A stretch of 64,000 nucleotides of DNA from Podarcis tiliguerta (lineage: Eukaryota), in NCBI GenBank assembly GCA_965153285.1, contig OZ229113.1. One strand, written 5' to 3'. A program made the position numbers and the translations under genes. The notes under the pieces are model-generated. The model was not told the DNA's origin. It searched no databases and saw only the letters and a program-made list of their open reading frames with translations. Of the stretch, positions 30,201-42,800 are shown piece by piece; position 1 is the stretch's first letter; every line of letters begins with the position of its first letter.

Positions 30201-33200
30201 TATTGTGAAGAAATTGAACTATAGTTCTGAACTTGTGCTATATTGTGGAAATATGTATCTTAGATTTCTCTTCCTCGACAAGAATATCTGTGGAACTATA
30301 ACGGAACTAGTTTGCTTGTTCTCAAATGGTTGAAGGCTAATAATTTATGAAACTTCCACCATAAGAAATGTTTAAAAATTGACGGAGGGAGAAAGTCTGG
30401 AATGTGTATTTGTCAGCCAGGTGAGAAAGGAGTCGCCACCCAACATAGTGAAACAAATCTCTACCTGCTAGCTGTCTGTCCTCTTGGCTGCCATTCTGCT
30501 CTTTCCTCACGGCTTGCTGTTGTGCAGCCAGGGCTGTGAGCTGTGCAGACTGCTTAATCAGGGAGACACGGTAAAAGTAATTCCTCCAAAACACATCTTC
30601 TTTTACACTGGAGACAACAAAATATATGGTTTTGATAACTACGCTATATAAATATAACATGAAACATGCATGCAAGGTGGGAGTTTACTGTATGCGTAGT
30701 GGAGGGATGTGTGGAGCAGGAGATCTGCTTCGGTTTCTTCCCCGCAAAGCAGCTCGGAAGAGCCGTAGGACCTTCCAGAACAGTATGAGAGATGGCATGG
30801 AAAAAGGGGGAATTGACAAAAGTCACTCTTCCTACTTTTCCACTGGAAGCCTCTGCTGGATTGGAGTTTGCAGGTGGGCATATCTGGATCCAACCTGATG
30901 GCTACCAAGCTACATGTATTTGGCCAGGAATAATTCCCACTGGACTAAATGGAACTGGCTTTTGAGTACTTATTCATAAGGTTGTGCTATGAGCTTACAC
31001 TAAACTATTACTAGCTCTGACAAAGATAAAATAAAATTCCTCAGAGGTAGGCATAACAGTATTTGGCAAGTTAGGTTTCCGAAAAAAGAAAAAACAAACA
31101 AAAACCCCACTGAGAAATAATTTAATGTTCAGGTTTAGACTGTGACTTAAATTTCAGAACAGAATACCATGAACTATTTATTGTCACATTTTAATGTACA
31201 AATGGAAACAAAATATTAGTAAATATTGCAAGTTACACAAAGCTATTATTTTTACTCAGACTTAAAAAATTGTTCAACAGCTTATGAAAATATAGGGAGA
31301 TCACTCACTGCTTTGGAACAAGATCAAATCTCATTCTGTTCAGAAGTTCATCTTCTTGGAGCATTACCAATGCCACTGGATACATCTGATCAAAGTCAAA
31401 ATTAAATTGAACCCCAGCTGGTGGGTCACGCAGGAAGTTTCTTCGGTCCTTTGCAAAAAAATAATAATCTATCTGTCAATGGTGAAAACATTATGTTTCT
31501 GTTTCCAAAGAGCACTTGTCAATCAATTACTTTGAAAAGTAACTTATAGCACAAGCAGCTCTGCCAGATACATGGGGAAACATTTTTCAATAAAAGAAGT
31601 CTTTGTATCATCAATTAACATGATCTCACTAAATCCCATCAACAGTTTTATTATTCAACACACTGATGCCTCAAAATGTAAAGTCCTGTTTTAGGTAGGC
31701 AAAAAGGAGGAGGAAGAACCTTAAATAGAAACAACATAACACTACTTACTGCTGATAATGCCAGTATTTGTTGCTGAATTGTTTCTTCTTCATTGCTGTC
31801 TACCCAAGGAGGCACAGCTGCTTCTGTAAGGAAAAGGGGAGCATATGTATATTGCATTCAGTATTAGAAGACATATGAACTACAGGCATTTTTGATTGAA
31901 AAAGGCCTCTTGCCAAGATCTGCGTGAAAAATGTTCCCAACTAAATTTCATTTTTAGCTGAGGGAATTAGGATGCTCCAGGTGTCCCTCTGGCAGTGTGT
32001 GTGCATGGGTATGCTGCCACAGAGATCTCTGCTGTGCTATCTGAAAGCATAGGGGAATGCATGCTACTACTGCCAGTGTTCCCAGTGGCAGAAAGAAATC
32101 ACTGTTAAGGCTCCAAAACAGGACGCTGCAGTGGTAGGACAGGACCTGTGATGGACCCACTAGATCCAAAGCTGGTTCATTTCCAAAAGAGGGACCCAAT
32201 CTAAATACCTGTGCTCTGCTGTGCTGTCCTGCAACAAAACCCAAAACCTTTATACCCTGGTTAGCAGGGCTGCAGATGCAGCAGGGATTCCATTGCCCTG
32301 TGTCCTCCCAGCCCTGGTTAAGATTACGCTGTTATGCATTACCTGATTTCTTTGTTTGCTGCTGTTGAACAAATTTTTTCTGCTCCTTCTGAAAATCTCC
32401 TATAATTGTCTATAAGAAAAAACAAAGTTATATATAGAACAGTAATAAATTTGCCAGACTACTTGGGTTCTCACTGTTGCCAACAACTTATTTACATGTA
32501 AAACTGGAATCTATTTGTATTGCCCAAAGTCAACCAAATTCATATCTGTAACAGGTATATATCAGAGCCCAATAGTACACCCAAATACTTGCACATTGTA
32601 TAGTGACTTGAATGTAACTGCCTTCAATACAAAGGTTTAGATCCAGACTACGCACAGATGCAGCTCCATCCATGCAGCCCTCTTCTGGAGGAAGGTTGGG
32701 GAGGCTATTTTCATATATTTGCCCTGCTGCCACCTGAAAATCTATTCCATAGGACAGGAGTATGTCCTGGTACAGCATGGGAGATGGCACAGAGAGCTGT
32801 AGGGGGAACTGGCAAAAGAGTCTACCCATCTTTCTTTAGCAGGAACCTCCACTGGATCTTGATCTCTTGCTTTCATGAAAGGAGCTCTTCCATTCATGAA
32901 AGGTGGGTCTGGAGCCAACCTAAAGAACTTCAGGCTGAGTACTGGGATACCTCCACATACCTTCCTCTCTTAACCTGTCAGACACTGCCCCTTTTCTTCT
33001 ACCAGCATAATTATTTGTTATGATATAGGTATGAGAGGAGAGGAATAACCAATAGTATCCCATAAACTTTTTTTTAAAAAAAACCTTTTAAAAATGTGCA
33101 GTGTGTGTTCGCAAGCTGTGATTGAACCAACTGGGAATTTTCTGTTGTCTCTGACAAAAACTGCTAGAAGACCCAATGCAGTTCTTCTTCCAATCTTCTG

Positions 33201-35967
33201 AGCTAGCATAGGGACACCTACAGCGGTCAGTATGCAGGCTCATGGTGCCTGCAGACTGTACATTATAGTGTCAACAAGTTTCTAATTGCTTTCAGTCCCA
33301 CATACTACCTTTGATAAACACAAACAACTGTGAAAAGGCAGTATAAATATCAAATAGTGGCCTAACACATAATATTTTTTGCAGCACAAATTGATATATT
33401 TCTTGTAAACTGCTTACAATTGTTCCAGGATATTTCCTGTGTGTGCTTGGTTTGTCTGAATTATATTACTGCATTATTAAGTATAAAAATTTAAACGAGT
33501 GGTACTGATTAATTATTGTGTTTAAAATATTCCTAAAGTAGCTCAATGAAGTTTTTATTAGCTGCTGATCTGGCCTACATTTCAGTTTTTCTTCCTTGAG
33601 TACAGTGCTTGATCAAAACACTTTATTGGCACCAAACCCGTAATGTCAATAGCCTTAAATATAAGTAGAACATGCAAGAGCAGATACTAAATTTATTAAC
33701 AAATTATTTACAACAGAAAAGTTACCTTGTCAATTATATTTTCTATTTTTCCTTCTTCTACAGACTTCTTTATAGTTTGGGCCGTTTCAGCAACTGACTC
33801 AGATATCTTTTTTGTGGCAGTAGTGGCAAAACTGAAGAGATAACCTTTTGGAAATAAAACAATTAAATTTTTCTTTATTACAAAGTCCTTAAGATATGCT
33901 GCATGATCACCTACTAGAGCCTTACAGAGTCACTCATTCAGTTCTTCCAATTCCTAGAACAGTGTGGTCTAATGTGCAGGCCTTGAGGCATTTTTGGTAG
34001 CCCTCAGCAACAATTCACACCCCCATACCCTCTTTGCCTAGTGCTGCATTACCAAAGCCAGGTGAGGGATGGGCTTTGGTAAGGTAGTGTGAGGGCTCTG
34101 ACAGGGTCCTAGAGCCCTCCCCTCTCCTTCCCAAAGCCTGGTACCTTGCCAGGGGCAAACTTTGGTCTTTCAAATTTCAGCAGTGCCCTATGCGAGCCAA
34201 AATTTGGCACCCCCAGTCTTCTTGATTTTAATTTTGCTCAGTTCACTACATCATAGTTGCAATACCCTGCAGTGCCCCTAGGCTCAGTGCCAACGGCGGC
34301 TGAGCTGGCCATGCTCCCCTAAATCCACCTCTGGCCTCACCCAGCTTTGGGAATGCAGCACAAGGACTTGGGGGGTGTCAAATTTTTGCCTCTCCTTCCA
34401 CGTGATAAGGCAGTGTGCGGCCTGTGGGTTCTGTGCCAAAGCACTCTTGCGGCCCACTTGATATGAAAAGTTGGACCACCCTGTCCTACAAAAACACATG
34501 ATATTGATGCACAGGCCACATTAATTTCCATCTACCTATTTGTGTGTGTGGCAGATGTGAGGAATTCTGGACTGCGCATCTTGTACAGTGGGAAAGAGCA
34601 ATGTGTATTATGTAAAAATTTAAGGTAGCAGTACCTTTTTCAAGATGCTGCATTTGAAGCTGTTCTAAAGTACACAGCAATAGAAAAGGAATCCATTATG
34701 AAGACAATCTGTTTTGCAGACATAAAAAGCTAACATTTATTTGTATCACTGATAACCTAATGCCTTATTTTAGCTGGATTTGTTGTTACATTAAGAAAAA
34801 TCTAACTACTCTGGAATTAGTGCTTTACTGCTTACTATCCATTCCTCAGTTGTAATTTAAAGTCAGTTGTGGTAGTTTCTATTAAATTCAAAGCAAATAA
34901 TGACAATTTAGTAAAGCTCAAAATGTTGATAGAGAAATCTAGTTATGTTCAGAGAAGTCACATACTACTTTTAATAACTCAAGCGGTATCATTATTGCAA
35001 ATTGGAAAGGACCAACAGGGCTTGCATAAAGATACAGTACTGTTATTTCCCTTTAATAACACATCCAGAGACCATAATTTTGAAGTGTTCCTATTTTTAA
35101 AAAGAGTCATACCCCACCAAACCACAGAAAACACTAGGCACAAAGCTGACACCCCACTGTTTTTGTTAATGTCACTTATGTTTTAAGATGTATGGAACTG
35201 TAACAGAACATATCTGTTTTAAAGAAATATCCACAGCATTGCATTTCTTGAACCTTTTCTAGTGTCCCTGAAAGAGGTGAGCAATTTGCGTTTTTCTCAT
35301 GCTTAAAAGATGCAACTCTTTAAGAGATGTTGGGGTGCTCACTGAAGGTGAAGCAATAATTTCAAAAGGAGGTTTGCTCAGAAATAAGGCCCCCAGAAGT
35401 GGGTGAAGCTTACTGCCTGAGTACTTGCACATAGGACTACTTAGCTGCAACCCACAATCCATACTAACGGAAGCAACTTCCATGGAGTAAAACAGGCTAC
35501 AGGCTGCTGCTTTGAAAGCCGCACTTAGGTTGGCAGTAATCCCTAGTGAGCACACTCCTGCGAAGCTCCACGCTGCGCAAGTGCACGTCCAGGGGGGCTT
35601 AGCTCCAAGCAACTGCGAAGAGGGTACCTGAGCAGGTGGCTTGCTACGTTAATGGGGCGGGGGTGAGGGTTAGTTATATGAGCTGAGCTGGCTTGAAGGG
35701 ACGCGAGGAAGGCCTTTGGGGAAAGCGCGTTAAAGGGGAGCAAGGGAGACACTCACTGCCCAGCCCCTTCGCCTGGTTCAGAAGCGGGTCCGAGTCCCTC
35801 TGCAGCTCCACCTGCTCGGGGCTCCGCACTGCCGCGTCCCCTCCAGTCCCCTCTTCTCCCTCCTCGGCAGCAGCAGCAGCAGCTCCGGCTTCCCCTTCGA
35901 GGAGAGGCGGCTTCTCTTCCTCGCCTTCCCGGCTCATGCCGAACCAGCCACTCAGGCCGCGCAGCAT
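27113..35967 (-). CDS. SYAP1: Synapse-associated protein 1 (BSD domain), full spliced CDS span (9 exons, 1086 nt, ~361 aa)
   Basis: [10 protein letters not shown] start, [11 protein letters not shown]-domain [28 protein letters not shown], acidic C-terminus; phases consistent. Confidence 0.96.
28150..28294 (-). CDS. SYAP1: SYAP1 exon 8 ([20 protein letters not shown]...LVE)
   Basis: 145 nt, AG/GT ends. Confidence 0.93.
29331..29389 (-). CDS. SYAP1: SYAP1 exon 7 ([19 protein letters not shown])
   Basis: 59 nt, AG/GT ends. Confidence 0.93.
30465..30607 (-). CDS. SYAP1: SYAP1 exon 6 ([12 protein letters not shown]...RQLA)
   Basis: 143 nt, AG/GT ends. Confidence 0.95.
31309..31448 (-). CDS. 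SYAP1: SYAP1 exon 5 ([15 protein letters not shown]...LVPK)
   Basis: 140 nt, AG/GTGAGT ends. Confidence 0.95.
31750..31823 (-). CDS. SYAP1: SYAP1 exon 4 (AAVPPWVD...LALSA)
   Basis: 74 nt, AG/GTAAGT ends. Confidence 0.95.
32343..32409 (-). CDS. SYAP1: SYAP1 exon 3 ([14 protein letters not shown]...KKS)
   Basis: 67 nt, AG/GT ends. Confidence 0.95.
33726..33844 (-). CDS. SYAP1: SYAP1 exon 2 ([20 protein letters not shown]...IIDK)
   Basis: 119 nt, AG/GT ends. Confidence 0.95.
33960..34483. mobile_element. hAT-type non-autonomous element
   Basis: TIRs CAGTGTGGTCTAA / TTGGACCACCCTG; 8-bp TSD TCCTAGAA / TCCTACAA (7 of 8 match). Confidence 0.7.
35757..35967 (-). CDS. SYAP1: SYAP1 exon 1
   Basis: ATG at 35967, donor A|GTGAGT, 211 nt. 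Confidence 0.94.
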
Positions 35968-35969
35968 CC

Positions 35970-36210
35970 TAGCTAAGTGGCGAAACGCCGCCCCCTGCGA
36001 GCAGGTCGCCTACTAATGCAGCGCCAAAGCCCCGCACCCCTTCAACCGTTTCCAACGACTTCACAGGAACGGCGCCCCTTCCTGAGAGCAAGGCAACGTT
36101 GTTTGTTTCCGGAAAAGGGTGCTCGGCTACTTCCGAGTTACGTCACCCCGACGCGTCACCGCGGGCACCGACGCTCTACGCTTCCTCTCCACTCCTCCAA
36201 ATGGCTTTGG
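35970..36210 (-). promoter_or_regulatory. SYAP1 CpG-island promoter
   Basis: CpG-rich; CCGGAA (ETS) ~36109, TTACGTCA (CRE/ATF-like) ~36138. Confidence 0.75.
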
Positions 36211-37794
36211 CTGGGTATAGTTATAATGTCGATCCCGCTCGTATGCGTTTGTTCGAAAGAGCTCCTTCCTTCGACAATGTTAAGATTGTTTCTTCAAAAA
36301 GAAATTTTTGAGACGCGTAGCGTGATATTTTTATTCCTTGCATTTAGCAATGTTGTAGTGGAAGTTCCCCACCCCCCAGCCTTAAATGCAATATCTTTAG
36401 GCGAGCCTACGAAGAACCAGGCTGCAGCACCTGAAAGAATGAGGCTAGCCCGCGCTTAACATGGGCACAGCACAGGGGAATTTACTTTCAAACAAACATG
36501 CAGAGGATTACGCTGTAACATTATGATGGCATAAGCTTTCATGAAGGGAACTGAAGCCCACAAAAGTGTGTGCATCCTAAATACGTAATGGTGCAACACT
36601 ACGCTTGTCTGCTCAGGATGCCCCACTTAGTTCAATGGGACTTCTTCACAGGTGTGCATTGGTCTGCTGCCTTATCAGCTATTAGAACTCTCTTTTGCTT
36701 TTTTTACTGTAGCAGATTCCCTCCTGTAGGTTTTCAGCAGTGATTACTAGTAATCCTACATTAATCGTGGCTTAATAAATACAGCTAATTGAACTTCAGT
36801 TCCCATCCTGAACACTGTTAAGGAGCACTATTGCTAAAGGGACTAGTCAAGGCTGTCACACTAGAGTTTTGCGCCAAAAAAGGAGTAATTATAATAGAGC
36901 AAATAATGAAATGCACAAATGAATAATTAGGTCCCAGAGCTTGTCCAAAGAGATTTCAGGATAAACTAGCACATGATACAGCCATCTCTTCAGTCCCATA
37001 GATTTAAAAGGAGAATCAAATGCATGCTAGTAAAACTGCAATCTCTATGTGCATTTTCTAGGGAGTAGCGCCTAGTAAACTTGTTCTTGGCCATATAAAA
37101 CATGCAGGATTGTGTTGCGACCCTATAGCTTGGTACCAAGCATATTAACTGCCCCCAGGGCTATTGGATGGGTGGCTGAGGGGAACTTTAGCTGTCCCTG
37201 TTGTTGGACTCCAACTCCCATATTTTCCATATTTTGACTGATGCTGATGGAGTCCAACAGTATCTGAAGGGCCACAGGTTCCCACAAGGTAATAACTGAG
37301 TAGCTGAATATTCAAAAATCATATATTTGCCTTTAGTGTAGACCAAGGGACAATATTATAAAGCAGACATCTGCTATGGATTCCTAGGTCTTTGCAAATC
37401 ATTCAGCCTCTTTTGTAAAAATGGGCCTTAATATACTTCTATTCCACTCCTGCTTCTTCCCTGGCGAGGAGGGGGCACCATTTTGTCATTCGCTTCATGT
37501 GCCAAAATGTATTGAGCTGGCCCTACGTATTGTTTTTGTGGGCCAAAAAACTCTGACACAGATGGCAGGCAGCCTGTGGCACTGGTACTCCATAAGTTGC
37601 AGGAGCAGCTGCAGAAGGTCTTGGGGACCTGGTTATGGTGCAAAGCCAGCCCTCCTTCCTTGCTGCCTACCTGTCACCTCAGTCACCCACAGAAGTGATT
37701 CTCGCATCACTCTGCATGCGAATGGTGCACAAATCTGCCCTGTGGGCAAATCTGGTGGCTCCCATGCATGATAGAAAGCGAGTGCCATTATTAG

Positions 37795-38005
37795 CAGGTT
37801 ACAGGTAGGTAGCTGTGTTGGTCTGCCATAGTCGAAACAAAATAAAATAAATAAATTCCTTCCAGTAGCATCTTAGAGACCAACTAAGTTAGTTATTCGT
37901 GTGCATGCACACTTCTTCAGATACATTGAAACAGAAGCCACCAGACCTTTATATATAGTGAGAGGGTGGGGAGGGGTATTACTCAGAAGGGTGGTGGGAA
38001 TGGGT
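37795..38005 (-). mobile_element. Penelope-like element terminal fragment
   Basis: Recognised terminal sequence with hammerhead-like CTGAAGA-palindrome-GAA core on the minus strand. Confidence 0.6.
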
Positions 38006-38009
38006 AGAG

Positions 38010-38296
38010 GCAAACGGCGCTGCCTCTGTGCGCGTGCAGAGCGCATTCCGCCTCATTCCTTCTGGGGTTAAGAAGGCAGGACTTCTGCGCCTCAGGGACC
38101 CGTTTTCCTTTCCTGAAGGAAAAAAACAACAGCCGCTGGGCTTGAGAGTTTTGAGCTCCCCCCCCCCCTCTAGCGGCCGCTTGGGATAGGGCTCCTGCGA
38201 AAGCGACCGTCTCCTTGCAACCAGCCGGCGGGAAGGGGACGCCGACGGCCGGGGAACTTGGCTGCGACGCCGCTTCTAGGGCTGTGCCGGGAGCAG
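38010..38296 (+). promoter_or_regulatory. CTPS2: CTPS2 CpG-island promoter and non-coding exon 1 (ends 38296)
   Basis: CpG island, donor GAGCAG|GTAAGC at 38296/38297; exon 2 acceptor at 39693 precedes the ATG. Confidence 0.75.
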
Positions 38297-39733
38297 GTAA
38301 GCGGCCTCTCGGGCCTCCCCGCCAGGGCGAGCGCGCTGGCTCTCCTGAGCGACCACGGGAGACCCCCGCGTCACCCGAGGGGCCCCGCGGCGGCGGCAGG
38401 AGGAGAAGCGCCGGCCAAGTCCCCTGGGTCGCAGTGGGCGCCCCGTCCCGCGGCCATGGCGGCTGGCTCCTGGGGGGTTGATTCCTAGAGCAGGCACAGC
38501 AAAGCTTCGGGCCTCCTCCTTGCTCGGATCCCTCCTCTCCGCGACGGCGATAACAGGTGCAGGATTCGGGTTCCGTTCCTCAGCTACCTACCGCCCGCAC
38601 TGAATTCCCGGGAAGGAGGATCTTTTAATACGCCACATTTTATAGAGTCCCTTCCAGAGCGGGTTTCTTTATTGATTGCGTTCATTGTTCCCCGGTTTGC
38701 CCTCCAAACAACCCTGCGAGGTAGGTTGAGCTGGGAGATTGCGACTGGCCCAGCCGTTGCTATGTCCCAACAGTACAACCGCTGCACTATTATACTGTAC
38801 ATGGTTGTTTAGCTTTGGCGCTTTTTAAAAAAAGTGCAGTGCTGCGCCACAAAACAAGTATTTATTTGTTAATAAATAATTCGTTGCAAGGGTGGCTAAT
38901 GAAAACTGTGGAAGGACCCATCTGGGGGCCTCATCCCTGGCATTGGCAGCTGTTCCCTAGGATGCCAGATAAGTGTTTTTCCCAGAGATGCCAAGGATTA
39001 GACCTGAGACCTTCTGCCAGCAAAGCATATGCTCCACCACTGTCCATTTAGCTCAGTATTTTGCCTTCCGCAGTGCATGATGTACAAGAACCAGAGTACT
39101 GTACTGTGAGTGGACCCTTTGGAGTTCCCTTGTTCAGGGTTTTAGGGAGCCAGCCATACCTTCTTTCAGAATTCTCCATTCTGTTGCTCCCAATCAAGTT
39201 TAGCAATCTGTGGCCCCTCACCATACGCAGTCCTCATTGAATTGTTATGTTTTCCCCCACCACTTTAACATTTATTGTTAAGAAGATTTTTTTCTACTAT
39301 TGTAAGCTTTGAGGCACCCTCTCTCTTGTTTTTCATTAGCCCAGTTTTGGCTACATAGCTGTCATTAACTTAGCACCTAAATTTGTTGATTGTCGATATG
39401 ATTCCTGTCATTAGGAATACTCTGAACATCACAGTGCCTTCTTGGATACTCTGCCTTGTTGCTGGTGATGTCGAAGGTCCTGTCTTTAGGCATTTCTCTG
39501 TCCTTCCTTGAACCTGTTTATATTGCTGTCTTCTGGTGTCAATGAAGAATTTTAGAACAACATAAATTTCACAGGGAGTTCCATGAAAAGCGTGAAAAAT
39601 ACTTTTCCATATTGAAAATAGCTCCAGCTTTTCTTCTTTTTATGGGGAAATACATAGTATTTCATAAGTTCACTTTTAACTCTTCATTTTTAGATTTCAA
39701 GCTCAAGTACCACAGTGTATCCATAATTATCCC

Positions 39734-39899
39734 ATGAAGTACATCCTGGTAACTGGTGGTGTCATCTCAGGCATTGGTAAAGGAATTATTGCAAGCAGCA
39801 TAGGCACCATCTTGAAATCATGCGGTCTACGAGTTACTGCAATCAAAATAGATCCTTACATTAACATAGATGCTGGAACCTTCTCGCCATATGAACATG
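39734..39899 (+). CDS. CTPS2: CTPS2 exon 2, coding part
   Basis: 166 nt, donor G|GTACGA. Confidence 0.96.
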
Positions 39900-42800
39900 G
39901 TACGAGTGACACAAACGTCTTTTCCCTGCAAATTTGGTTGCATTCCTTTTTATTGAGAAATTGATCTCTCTTTTTTGGAATATGAAGCTGTGAAATGTCT
40001 GATATAATAGAGACTTCAGTATTGTATTTATGCATGACTGCAGAAACAGAAGTCACACTGAGTTCAATGAGGTTCCTAAAAACAATCCAATGTACATTTA
40101 ACTAGGAGTAAGTCTCATTCAACTCAGTAGGACTTACATCTCAGTAAACACACTTATCTTGCATTTCTCTCAGTTAACTGCCCAGTGTAATATCTACTTT
40201 AACATGTGTTAATCTTGTGTAGGATTGGTTCACATTTGTTAGGATCTAGTTCTTCTCCTGCCAGTCCTCCTACATCATTACCCATCTTCTGTCCTCATGC
40301 ACTGGGTTTTTTCTGAAACATCTGAACTGTCTATAGAGATTTCTGAATTGGATTTGGTCTCTGCAGAGTTTCTTGATTCATGACATATGAGAATTAGGGG
40401 CAGGGGGAGGCGTTGCTCTTGCTTTGATTATCACTAGTAACCTCTGATCCAACCTAAGCCTGCATAACTTTTGATGTTGATGCAAACCAGTTATATATTG
40501 TCATAAATTTGGGGGGAGAGGAGAGACCCCCCCCAAACCCAAGAAATTAATGAATGTCAAAATCTAGTTAATATTTGTACTACTGAACGGAAGATTCCAG
40601 GCCAGTGAAAAAATACAGGCTAAGCTTCCTTTCCAAGCAAGGGCCTCGCCTGGGCTAGAGAGGTTAACATGACAAAAGGTGTTGATGACCCACATCCAAG
40701 AGGAATCCTTGGGCCTGGGCAGACAGGAGTTGCTTATATGACAGGGAGGGGGCAGGTTGTACTCAGAGGAAAAATGTTCCTGTAAAAAACCTGGTTTGGA
40801 ATAGCAGATGAATGAGGAGGAGTTATTTGGGCAAGAGGTGTGCTGGGAAGAAGGAGAGCAAAGGCAGGTCCATCTTGGTAGAGTGGCTGAACGCAGGCTG
40901 GGAGAGATGCCTTGGAGTCCAGTGTTGCAGTGCTGTGGGGAACAAACCCCTCTTGAGATGACCATGCTGTAAGATCTGAATTCCTTCCATCCAAATTCAG
41001 GTATAAATATGTGAATAAATCATATTTTGCTGTCACATCTTGATTTTCAACAGAAACACAAACCCGTGGTGAGCACCTGGAACCACCTGTAATCTTGCTA
41101 CCACTCAGCAGAGTTTGGGGTTGGTGTGCCACCTATGTAACAATATAAACAGGAATTAGATTTAAAGCACCAGAAAGGTATGCGGTTGGGTGCTTCTGAA
41201 CCTTGGCCTCCCTCGCCCCCAATGACTTTTTCTTTCAGCCAGGATCACTTTTACTATTTGAGCCTGTTTGGAGGAAAGGTCTCCCAGGATTTGATGAACT
41301 TTGGGAGTAGCTGATGGGGAAAGTTCAATATCCCCCCCCCCCATGTGTTCCTTTTGCATTATAAATCAAGTGTTTTCCACTATTGAGGCCAGTCCATTTT
41401 TGAAGACAGATCTATCACAATCATGTCTAATTTGGGCCTCTGTTTTCTATGTGGTTCTAACCAGGTTTACTAGAATAACTGGGACTTGTGAACTAATATA
41501 ATCTTGCTGATAAAAGAAAAGGCATTACGGTAACTTGCAGACAGAGGTTACAAGGACATAGCTACTAAGACGGAACGACTAATTTGTAGGATTTGTATTC
41601 TCATACATTACAGGGTAATTAATTTGAGATTTATTGTTAAGAATCTCAACAGCATAGAATCACTCAAAAGAGCTGGCTGTAAAATGTGATGCATTTTATA
41701 TTAGACCTAATGTAGTAGGTGAATTTTTAACAGTAGCCCTTGGCACAGACATCTGTGACATATGATTTCTGGTAGAGGTAGCTGACCATGGTAATGCAGA
41801 TCATGGAATATATTTTATGACTTAACTAATTATTTTTATTTTGTAAGAGATGATGCAAGGTGGCCTTTCTGCTGAGCTAATCATTCTTTTTGTGTTAGTT
41901 AATTTCTCCTTGACCCAAGCATACAAGAAGAAAATGTGTCAGGGCATTAAGGATATATGATAGGCCCAGAACAGAAAAACAGTGTGGGGAAATGGAAATC
42001 CCCTTTCAGCCTCATTCTAATATATAATGAATGTTCATGTAATTTCATGGATTTGGATATTTTTACCAAATGATTTTTTTTCATGATTTTACTTAAATTG
42101 GTGGAGTCTGTCCCCTCTCCACCTCGAAATGGTATTAAGATTTCTCCAAGTTGTTTACAATGCATCTGCTAGTGGAAATTAGTTTTGTTTTTAGTTTATT
42201 TTTAACCATTATACATTGTCTTTCTGCTACTAAGAAATTACCTCCGTTCAAGATAAATACGCACTGTCTCTCTTAAAAGTAACTTGGCCTTCTGTCTTAT
42301 TTTATGTTTTTGTGCTTCTTGTTACTTTTGTATTGACTTTGATTTTTTAAAAAACTTTTTTTTAAACGTACTTAGAGCAGACTTTTACTTCTCTGCGCAC
42401 TGAAACTAGTAAAAGCTCCTGGTTCACAGTCAAATATAAAAGGCATATTCTTTAATTTGGACATATAGAACGGATGTACTTGAAATATATGTTTGTGCAT
42501 AACATTGTGAGATTGAAGAATAAATATGTATGTTTCACCAAAATATGTAAAAGCATTATTTGTTTCTTTAGGTGAAGTTTTTGTGCTAAACGATGGTGGA
42601 GAAGTTGACCTCGACTTGGGAAACTATGAACGATTCTTGGATATTAACCTTTACAAGGATAACAACATCACCACTGGAAAGATCTATCAGCATGTCATCA
42701 ATAAAGAAAGACATGGAGATTACATGGGAAAAACAGTTCAAGGTGCTTTATCATATTCATATTCTGCCCTCCCTTCCTCCGTCTGTCGTCATCCCAATTT

